54,223 bases of DNA from a virus (lineage: Duplodnaviria; Caudoviricetes), in IMG/VR virus record IMGVR_UViG_3300037010_002778, positions 1-54,223 of that record; one strand, 5' to 3'. Position 1 is the stretch's first letter, and each line of letters begins with the position of its first letter. The translations under genes and the position numbers were made by a program. Under the pieces are notes generated by a model, which did not search any database, was not told where the DNA came from, and saw only the letters and a program-made list of their open reading frames with translations. Below, one piece after another: positions 39,861-47,958 of the stretch.

Positions 39861-40909
39861 TGAATATATTTATTACAGGTGAATCGGGTGCTATTCCAAA
39901 AGCTATGCAAAATGACGAATTACTTAAAACATTCGATTTTAAAATTACAAATCACCAACAACATGATCCTTTTAAAATTAAAATTCTAAAAGCACATCAA
40001 TCTTTTAAAGTTAGAGAACCAGAAATAGATTTTTTAAATAAAGAGCTTCTTTTTTCAAAAAAAATGGAAAAAGTTTGGGAAAATACCGATGTAATTATAC
40101 ACTCAGGAGCTTTTGTAGGTACAGATTATTGCAATGCCAATACTAATTTGGCTATAAGAACAAATATTGAAGGAACTCAAAATATTGTTGAAATTGCAAA
40201 TAAATTTAATATAAAATTAGTATATCTTTCAACAACAATTATTTTTGATACCGATGATTATGGTGAATATAAATTAATAACTGAACAAACAAAAACAAAT
40301 CCTAAAACTTTATATGGTATAACAAAATATGCAGGTGAACAAATAGTTGAAAAAACATGCAAAACAGATAAAGTTATAGTTAGACCTGTATTTGGTTATT
40401 CTAATTACCCTGATGATTTACATAGTGCATTAACAAAATTTATATATGTAAAATTATATAATTTAATAAAAAATCCTATTACGCCTTTAAAATTAAATAT
40501 TTTGTTAAATAAAAATATTGAAAAAACGTATACTCATGCTGAAAATTTAGCTTATTTAATTTTTAAAATTTTAAAATCAAACTATTGGAACGATGCTTTT
40601 AATATTGGTGATAAAGCTGAAAATTCAGCTAATTGGTATCAATTAAATTCAATAATAAATAATTTAATTTATAATAAATTAAATATAAAATTGTTAGACG
40701 ATGATTTTAATGATGTAAATTTTATTGAAAATGAAGATTATTTACATTGGCATAATATTTCAACTATAAAATTACAAAGAATGGGATTATTTAATAATTT
40801 TAATAAAAATTATATTTCATTAGAAAATGGAATAGAACAAGTAATAGATTCAGTTGTAAAAAATATTGATCAATTACCTTATTGGACACTAAGCGATAAA
40901 ATTATATGA
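39860..40909 (+). CDS. NAD-dependent NDP-sugar epimerase/dehydratase (extended SDR)
   Basis: IFITGESG, IIHSGA, NIEGT and catalytic YGITK. Confidence 0.85.
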   Translation: MNIFITGESGAIPKAMQNDELLKTFDFKITNHQQHDPFKIKILKAHQSFKVREPEIDFLNKELLFSKKMEKVWENTDVIIHSGAFVGTDYCNANTNLAIRTNIEGTQNIVEIANKFNIKLVYLSTTIIFDTDDYGEYKLITEQTKTNPKTLYGITKYAGEQIVEKTCKTDKVIVRPVFGYSNYPDDLHSALTKFIYVKLYNLIKNPITPLKLNILLNKNIEKTYTHAENLAYLIFKILKSNYWNDAFNIGDKAENSANWYQLNSIINNLIYNKLNIKLLDDDFNDVNFIENEDYLHWHNISTIKLQRMGLFNNFNKNYISLENGIEQVIDSVVKNIDQLPYWTLSDKII

Positions 40910-40932
40910 AAAATATTTAAACAAATTAAAAA

Positions 40933-43900
40933 ATGAGAAAATTTAAAAACTATATACCTTTACATTTACATTCTACATATTCAATTGGTGATGGTGTTTC
41001 AAAAATAGAGGACATTATAAAACGTGCAAAAGAAATTGGATCTAATTCTATTGCTATTAGTGAACATGGTACAATGGCATCATTTTATAAATTTTATTTA
41101 ACTGCAAAAAGTAATAATATTAATCCAATTATTGGATGTGAATTTTATGTAAATGATTTATATTTTAGTGATAATGAAAAATTTTTAAAAATAAAAAGGA
41201 CAAAAAGTAGTTCAAGCGATGATTTAGAGGGTGACGAGGACAATTATGACAAAACTGATGCTGCTAATTCTCATTTAATCGTATATGCTAAAAACTTTGA
41301 AGGGTTACAAAATATTATTCATTTAAATAATATAGCAGCTCAAAATTTTTATCGTAAACCTTTAATTTCAACTGATCATGTATTTAATATTTTAGATGAA
41401 AATAATATTGTAACAACTGCATGTTTAGCATCAAAATTTAATAAATTAATTTTAAAAAATGAACTTAACGAAGCAGTTGATTTGTTAAAAAAATATAAAA
41501 ATAAATTTAAAGATGATTTTTATATTGAATATCATATTAACGATTTAAAGGAACAACTTAAAGTTAATAAATTTTATGAAGTAGTATCAAAAAAATTAAA
41601 AATACCTCTTGTTTTAGGTATTGATGCTCATTACGTTTATAAAGAAGATTGGAAAATACAATATTTATTATATGTAATTAAAACTCGTAATACAGTTAAT
41701 ACAATGCCTGAAAGCAAATGGTTTTATACCGTTAGAGATTTGTATATTAAAACAGTTGATGATATTTACGATAAAGCTGAATTATTAAATTATAATATCG
41801 ATGCTGTTAATGAAGCAATTGCATCGACATTTGATATTGCCAATAAAGTAAATATTGAAATTCCTAAATATCGTAATAATTTTCCTAAATTTTTTGAAAA
41901 CTATGAAGATTCTGTTGATACTTTTAATAAAAAATTAGAAATAAAATGGGATGAAAAAGTAAAAAATGGTTTAATCCCAAATGACAAAATTGAACAATAC
42001 CGTGAACGTTTAGAACAAGAACGAAAATTAATGATCGACAAGGGGTATATTGACTATTTTTTAATATTAGATGATTTATTAAACAATTTTGTTTATAAAA
42101 CTGGAGGCTCTTCTGGAGCAGGACGTGGATCAGCCTCTGGTTCTTTAATACTTTTTATTTTAGGTGTTACAAAAATAGATCCATTAAAATACGATTTAAT
42201 ATTTGAACGATTTATAAACGAAGCTAGAACTGATCCACCTGATGTGGACTGTGATATAGATCATATTACGCAAAAAAAGGTTGAAAATTATTTAATAGAG
42301 CGTTGGGGACATGACAAAGTTTGTCATGTTGGTAGTTTTGGTAAATTTGGTACTAAAACTCTTATAAAGGATATTTGTCGAGTTTATGAATTAGATTTTA
42401 ATTTGTCGAATCAGTTGACAGCGTTATTTAGTACTACAAAAAGTGATTCCGATATAAGAATTGAATTGGAAAATGCTTATAATATTGCTCAAAAAACAAA
42501 TAATTATAATTTAATTGACTTTATCGACAAAAACAAATCACTGTTTATTGAACTATGCGACAAAATGACAGGAATGATACGACAACAAAATAGACATGCA
42601 TCCGGGGTACTTATTAGTGACAAAACATTTGAAAATAGTGATCTTCCAATTGCATATACAAAAGGTAGTTTAATAACAAATGTACAGGAGGGTGGTGAGG
42701 ATCGTGAGGTTTCGGAGTTAGGGTATCTAAAATTGGATATTTTAGGTTTAATTACAGCTACAATTAATGGTGAGACGATAAAATTAGTAGAAAAAAATTA
42801 TAATATTAAAAATTTAGAAAATCAATTATTATTGTCAAATTTTGATGACGTTAATGTATATAAAGAATTTGGAATTGGTAACTCAAAAGATATTTTTCAA
42901 TTTGGTTCTGATTCGATGATTGAGTTAATGAAGCGAATAAAGCCAAATAGTATACAAGAACTTACAACTATAAATGCATTGTTTAGACCTGCCCTCGTTC
43001 AAAATGGTTCTATTAATGAATATATTAAAAATCGTGAAAATCCAAATAAAGCTAAAAAAGAATACGATAAAATAAGTAAAGATATTTGGCCTTTATTTAA
43101 AGAAACATTTGGTATTCCTTTATACCAAGAATCAATTATGCTTATTTTACAAAAAATAGGTGGTTTTACATTGGCTGAAGCTGACAAAGTAAGAAAAACT
43201 TTAAAACTTTTTTATAAAAAATATCAAGACAAATCAGAAACTTTTTTAAATGTAATCGATAAATTTAAAACACAAGCTATAAATAATGGTCTTTCAGAGG
43301 AAGGAACCGAAGTATTGTTACAAAAATTAGCTACTTATACAGAATATTCGTTTAACAAATGTCTTTCTGGTAATACTTATGTTCAAACTATTAATGGTAT
43401 AAAACAAATTTCTGATTTTTTAGGTGGTGAAATTGTTATATCAGTTGATCCTGTTACAAAAAAAGTATATCAAACTAAAGTTAAAAAATTACATAAAAAT
43501 GGTATAAAAAAATTATATTCAATTAAAACTGAAACAGACGAAATTATTGAATGTACGTTAGATCATAAATTTATGATAAAGTCTGGAAAAATGAAGACGT
43601 TAAAACAAATTATTGAAAATAACTATAAAATTTGTATTGTTGGTAATAAAAATGTAATTTTAAATAAAGACTCTTTAAAAGAAATAGGTTTTGAAGAAAC
43701 ATTTGATTTGGAAATTGATGATAAAAATCATAATTTTGTATTGTCAAATGGTATAGTAACATCAAATTCTCATGCCGTTGCTTATGCGATGAATGCTTAT
43801 ATTTCACAATGGCTTAAAATTCATTATCCCAAAGAATATTATGCAACGTTATTAAATTACACAAATATAGATGAAATTTCAATTTTTATTAAACAAGCTA

Positions 43901-44736
43901 CTTTACAAAATGTTAAAATAGGTAGTTGTACTTATGGTAATTCGGACAACAAATTTACAGTTGATTATAAAAATAATATAATTAGATTTGGTCTTAATTT
44001 AGTCAAAGGATTAAGAACAAATGACATTGAAAAAATAAATAATAATTCTAAAATAAAAGACAAAGTAATGTTAATTAAATTTATAATTGACTCTAAACTT
44101 AACAAAAAAACAGTTGAAGTATTATCACGTTTAGGTTATTTTTCAAATATAATAAGTAACAATAATTTATTTACTGAAAAATTATTATTAAAATTAAAAA
44201 ATTCTAAAAATTTTGATTTGGAATTAAATGCTTATTTAAAGTATGAGCCAAAATTTGCAAATTATCAAAAATACGAAACGTTACAATTTGAAAAGGAATA
44301 TTTAGGATTTTATTTAAGTGAACACCCGTTTGGAGAGTTTTACAATAAATTATTACAAAAAAATATTGCAAAAAATTATATAAGACCTAAAGACTTAAAT
44401 GAAATTTCAAATAAAAAACAAGGTATAAATTTAGTTGCATTATTAGGTGATATTATTTTGTTAAAGTCAAAAAAGACAGGTAAAGAATATTACAGGTTGG
44501 TACTTGAAGATGATGAAACACAAATAAATGTTACAATTTTTGACGCTGAATTGATTAAAAATTTAAACAAAGGTGATTTTATAAATATAATTATAAATAA
44601 AGATATTTTTGGTTATTCAGCTATTAAAAACAAACAAATAAAAATATTTAATAATGATAACGAAATTGATTTTAAAAATAAAATTATTGATTTTGAAACA
44701 ATTAATGTGCAACAAAGAACAAAAAGGTTATTTTAA
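40933..44736 (+). CDS. dnaE: DNA polymerase III alpha subunit (family C) containing a mini-intein
   Basis: PHP domain LHLHSTYSIGDG, GAGRGSASGS, PPDVDCD, RHASG, KLDILG, LYQE, FNK|SHAVAY, and an OB-fold C-terminus. Confidence 0.95.
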   Translation: MRKFKNYIPLHLHSTYSIGDGVSKIEDIIKRAKEIGSNSIAISEHGTMASFYKFYLTAKSNNINPIIGCEFYVNDLYFSDNEKFLKIKRTKSSSSDDLEGDEDNYDKTDAANSHLIVYAKNFEGLQNIIHLNNIAAQNFYRKPLISTDHVFNILDENNIVTTACLASKFNKLILKNELNEAVDLLKKYKNKFKDDFYIEYHINDLKEQLKVNKFYEVVSKKLKIPLVLGIDAHYVYKEDWKIQYLLYVIKTRNTVNTMPESKWFYTVRDLYIKTVDDIYDKAELLNYNIDAVNEAIASTFDIANKVNIEIPKYRNNFPKFFENYEDSVDTFNKKLEIKWDEKVKNGLIPNDKIEQYRERLEQERKLMIDKGYIDYFLILDDLLNNFVYKTGGSSGAGRGSASGSLILFILGVTKIDPLKYDLIFERFINEARTDPPDVDCDIDHITQKKVENYLIERWGHDKVCHVGSFGKFGTKTLIKDICRVYELDFNLSNQLTALFSTTKSDSDIRIELENAYNIAQKTNNYNLIDFIDKNKSLFIELCDKMTGMIRQQNRHASGVLISDKTFENSDLPIAYTKGSLITNVQEGGEDREVSELGYLKLDILGLITATINGETIKLVEKNYNIKNLENQLLLSNFDDVNVYKEFGIGNSKDIFQFGSDSMIELMKRIKPNSIQELTTINALFRPALVQNGSINEYIKNRENPNKAKKEYDKISKDIWPLFKETFGIPLYQESIMLILQKIGGFTLAEADKVRKTLKLFYKKYQDKSETFLNVIDKFKTQAINNGLSEEGTEVLLQKLATYTEYSFNKCLSGNTYVQTINGIKQISDFLGGEIVISVDPVTKKVYQTKVKKLHKNGIKKLYSIKTETDEIIECTLDHKFMIKSGKMKTLKQIIENNYKICIVGNKNVILNKDSLKEIGFEETFDLEIDDKNHNFVLSNGIVTSNSHAVAYAMNAYISQWLKIHYPKEYYATLLNYTNIDEISIFIKQATLQNVKIGSCTYGNSDNKFTVDYKNNIIRFGLNLVKGLRTNDIEKINNNSKIKDKVMLIKFIIDSKLNKKTVEVLSRLGYFSNIISNNNLFTEKLLLKLKNSKNFDLELNAYLKYEPKFANYQKYETLQFEKEYLGFYLSEHPFGEFYNKLLQKNIAKNYIRPKDLNEISNKKQGINLVALLGDIILLKSKKTGKEYYRLVLEDDETQINVTIFDAELIKNLNKGDFINIIINKDIFGYSAIKNKQIKIFNNDNEIDFKNKIIDFETINVQQRTKRLF
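43360..43767 (+). mobile_element. Contiguous 136-aa mini-intein in DnaE, no homing endonuclease
   Basis: CLSGNT (block A), CTLDH (B), TFDLEI (F), NGIVTSN|S (G). Removing it restores FNKSH. Confidence 0.93.
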
Positions 44737-45503
44737 TGAATGTATTAAGTTATGAATATATTGAAAATTTAAGAGTAGTTGCAGGCACATTACCTTCAGA
44801 GACTCCTAAAAAAAATACAAAGTTAATTAAAATTAATGATTCTATTGAAGTTGAGATGGTTGATCATAATTTAAATCCTTATAAAGCAATGTTTTTAACA
44901 GCAACTGCAACTTGGGGAAACAATGAATATGCGAATAAATGGAACAAAACTTTTAAAGAAGGTAAATTTGAAGTTATAAAAGCAGTTTTGTCTCATAATA
45001 CATTACCTCAAGCACGTGAAGTTGTTAATTTTATTTTTAGAGTTAAAGGTGTTCCTCGTTGGCTTTTTGACGAACATACACAGGTTAAATTTATGACAAT
45101 TATGAGTATAGGTTGTAGAGATAATAATAAATTGGATGCCGATATTATTACAGAATCAACATCAAATGTTTTTTTAAAATTAAAGGATTTATACGAAGAA
45201 ACTTTAAATAAAAACGGTGGATCTTGGCAAGTTGCTCGAGCGTTTTTGTCTCAATCGTATTCGCATTCATATTTTTTTGCTCAAAATTTATTAGCTATTT
45301 CAAATGCAATTAACTTTAATTCAAATATTAAAAATTTATATTTAAATTATATTGTACCTGAGATTGAAAATAATTTCCCTTTATTAGGTGATTATTTAAA
45401 TTCAATTTGGGATAAAAATTTAAAAAATAAATTTTTTGAAAAATTAAAAAATATGAAGTATAATGAATTGTCTGAATTAGACAAAAAATATTTTGGAGTA
45501 TAA
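44736..45503 (+). CDS. ThyX (Thy1)-like protein A, divergent
   Basis: PQAREVVNFIFRVKGVPRWLFD and WQVARAFL follow the ThyX pattern, but RHR is absent (HTQVK). Confidence 0.65.
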   Translation: MNVLSYEYIENLRVVAGTLPSETPKKNTKLIKINDSIEVEMVDHNLNPYKAMFLTATATWGNNEYANKWNKTFKEGKFEVIKAVLSHNTLPQAREVVNFIFRVKGVPRWLFDEHTQVKFMTIMSIGCRDNNKLDADIITESTSNVFLKLKDLYEETLNKNGGSWQVARAFLSQSYSHSYFFAQNLLAISNAINFNSNIKNLYLNYIVPEIENNFPLLGDYLNSIWDKNLKNKFFEKLKNMKYNELSELDKKYFGV

Positions 45504-45504
45504 A

Positions 45505-46176
45505 ATGATTGAATATAAAAATTTAAAAATTTTTAAAGGCGTTGAAGATTTAAAAATTGACATAATTTCATTAAATGAAGATTCTGTTGAATATACAGTC
45601 AGTAATACTCCTATTTGTCAATGGGATCAGCATTCACGAGCTCGTATAGGTATTAAATTTTTGGATTATAAAGTTAGTGACATTCCTGAATATGTAATGT
45701 ATACATTTGTTTACAACGAAATGGTAAAAAATGAAAATTATAAAAATAAAGTATTGACAGCATTATTAGAATTAGAGGAAGAACGTAATAAATCAGATTT
45801 TAAAACAGACTTTAATTTAATGACACGTAATTGTTCATATAGAGTTATACAAACTTTTGAATCATTAGAAGGTCAAATGGCAAGACGTCTTAAATTATGT
45901 GAAGAAGAATTTATTGTTGGAACTCATGTACTTTTACGTGACAAATTAATTAAATTAGGACTTGAAAAAGCAAAAAAATATAAACCTGGTTGTGATTTTA
46001 TTCAAAAATGCGATTATTCATCAGCTGACTATTTGTCAAATATGTTTGGTTGTTTATTTGCTGGATGTGGTAGATGGTCTTCTGGTACAAATTTTGCAAC
46101 ATTTAATTTTTCATGTACAACAGTTGAAGAAATTGAACAACAATTAATGATTGAATACCCAAAAAAAGAAATTTAA
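45505..46176 (+). CDS. ThyX (Thy1)-like protein B, divergent, with Cys-rich C-terminus
   Basis: DQHSRAR (RHR-equivalent), MARRL, and CDFIQKC...C...C. ATG at 45505 follows GGAG. Confidence 0.55.
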   Translation: MIEYKNLKIFKGVEDLKIDIISLNEDSVEYTVSNTPICQWDQHSRARIGIKFLDYKVSDIPEYVMYTFVYNEMVKNENYKNKVLTALLELEEERNKSDFKTDFNLMTRNCSYRVIQTFESLEGQMARRLKLCEEEFIVGTHVLLRDKLIKLGLEKAKKYKPGCDFIQKCDYSSADYLSNMFGCLFAGCGRWSSGTNFATFNFSCTTVEEIEQQLMIEYPKKEI

Positions 46177-46191
46177 GGAGAAATTGAAAAT

Positions 46192-46743
46192 ATGTTTAAT
46201 GATTTTTATTTAAATATAAAATTAGAAGAAAATGGAATTATGCCAACTCGAGCACATGATTCTGACGCTGGGTTGGACTTTTATTCACCTGGTAATTATG
46301 AAATTAAACCTAATGGTGATATTTTAATACCATTACAAGTTAGAACTGAATTTCCAAAAGGCTATGCTTTAATTTTTAAAGAAAAATCAGGAATAGCCAC
46401 TAAAAAACATCTATCGCTTGGAGCATGTGTATCGAGTAGTACTTATGTTAAAACTAATAAAGGAACTTTTTCGGTTTTGAATTTAAACAGTGAATTTATA
46501 AAAAATAATGAAATTCAAATTTTATCTTACAATAGAGATTTAAACAAATTTGAATATAAAAATTTTGATGGATTTCGACCAACAGGAGAGAAAAAAGTTT
46601 ATAAAATAACCTTTGAAGATGATTCGTTTATTGAAGTAAGTGAAGACCATAAATTTTTAACAGAAGATAATCTATATGTATCAATTGAACAATATTTAAA
46701 CGAAGAAGAAAATATAAATTTTGATTTTAAAATTTTAAAATAA
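46192..46743 (+). CDS. dut: Trimeric dUTPase N-extein (78 aa) plus 105-aa split-intein N fragment
   Basis: dUTPase motifs I (DAGLD) and II (KSG), then CVSSST (Cys at 46426) and block B VSEDHKF, with an acidic tail. Confidence 0.92.
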   Translation: MFNDFYLNIKLEENGIMPTRAHDSDAGLDFYSPGNYEIKPNGDILIPLQVRTEFPKGYALIFKEKSGIATKKHLSLGACVSSSTYVKTNKGTFSVLNLNSEFIKNNEIQILSYNRDLNKFEYKNFDGFRPTGEKKVYKITFEDDSFIEVSEDHKFLTEDNLYVSIEQYLNEEENINFDFKILK

Positions 46744-46783
46744 TAAAAAGTTTTATTTGAAACAACAAAGGAGTTAATTTTAA

Positions 46784-47092
46784 ATGAAAATAAAAAAAAT
46801 AGATTTCATTGGAATTCAAAAAGTATACAATACCAACGTCGATGACAATGGTAATTATGTATCAGAAAATGGAATTGTACATAAAAATTGTGTAGTGGAC
46901 AGTGAATATCGTGGTATTTTAAAATTACATTTATTTAATCACTCTAATATGTATGTACCAATTAAAAAAGGTGAAAAAATAGTCCAAGCTATTGTTATGC
47001 CTATATGGACAGGTCAACCTATTTTAGTTGATGAACTTGATTTAAACTCAAAAAGAGGTGAAGGTGGATTCGGATCAACTGATAAAAATTAA
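46784..47092 (+). CDS. dut: 35-aa split-intein C fragment plus dUTPase C-extein
   Basis: Own AAGGAG RBS. MKIKKI...VYN..V..NGNYVSENGIVHKN|CVVDSEYRG (motif III), KIVQ (IV), RGEGGFGST (V). Confidence 0.92.
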   Translation: MKIKKIDFIGIQKVYNTNVDDNGNYVSENGIVHKNCVVDSEYRGILKLHLFNHSNMYVPIKKGEKIVQAIVMPIWTGQPILVDELDLNSKRGEGGFGSTDKN

Positions 47093-47672
47093 AACAAATA
47101 TTGTCGAACTTAATAAATTATTCCAAATACCTTGTCAAGAATGGTACAGTAAATTTATTGATGGTAAAATTGATGCCCATCGAGCTTTTAATGAATATGG
47201 TGAACAATATAATTGGTTATATAAAAATTCCAATTATGATTTGATCGGATGGCAAATCGAAAATTATTGTTTTAATTGGGAAACAAGTAGTCATCATATT
47301 GTTCAAAATTGTCCAGAATATTTTGATACAAAAAAATATAATTGGAAAGAATATAGTTGGGCAATTGTTCGATACTCTCCACAATTTTTTGATACAGAGA
47401 AATATAATTGGGAAAAAGATAGTTGGGCAATTGCTACATTTTGTCCACAACTTTTTGATACAGAAAAGTATAATTGGGAAAAAGATAGTGCAGCGATAAT
47501 AAAATTTTGTCCTCAACATTTTAATGCAGAAAAATACAATTGGAAAAAAGACAGTGCAATAGTTGCTATATTCCATCCACAACTTTTAGATGCAGAAAAG
47601 TATAATTGGGAAAAAGACAGTGGGGCGGTAAAAAAATATTGTCCAAAAAAATTAAAATTAAAACAAATTTAA
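47058..47672 (+). CDS. Hypothetical protein with six 22-aa repeats (YNWEKDSxAIxxFCPQxFDxEK)
   Basis: 66-bp tandem units at about 47271-47650. The start codon is uncertain. Confidence 0.75.
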   Translation: MKVDSDQLIKIKTNIVELNKLFQIPCQEWYSKFIDGKIDAHRAFNEYGEQYNWLYKNSNYDLIGWQIENYCFNWETSSHHIVQNCPEYFDTKKYNWKEYSWAIVRYSPQFFDTEKYNWEKDSWAIATFCPQLFDTEKYNWEKDSAAIIKFCPQHFNAEKYNWKKDSAIVAIFHPQLLDAEKYNWEKDSGAVKKYCPKKLKLKQI

Positions 47673-47715
47673 AAAAATTTTTACAAATTTAATTTAAACT
47701 TTAAAAGAGAACAAT

Positions 47716-47958
47716 ATGAATTCAAGTCAACCGACAAAAATTAATAATTTACAAAACGAATATGTAAATTCAATTTTACAAAATATAAAATCTTGTGAAA
47801 TTAATTTATTTAAAAATTTTGATGATGATAATAAAATTTACAAATACGAATTTGATTTCATATCGAACGACGATAAAGTTCATAAATACGAAATTGTTTT
47901 TAAAATAAATAAAGAATATAATTTTTCACTTTCATCAGAATTTAAAAACAAATCATGA
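47716..47958 (+). CDS. Hypothetical protein
   Basis: 80-aa ORF with ATGA overlap to the next gene and an internal DDxKxxKYE duplication. Confidence 0.6.
   Translation: MNSSQPTKINNLQNEYVNSILQNIKSCEINLFKNFDDDNKIYKYEFDFISNDDKVHKYEIVFKINKEYNFSLSSEFKNKS

Noticed and set aside
46741-46783. Frameshifted pseudogene explanation for dUTPase
   Set aside because: The break falls at the canonical intein split position, the second half has its own RBS and ATG, and all five dUTPase motifs are intact.
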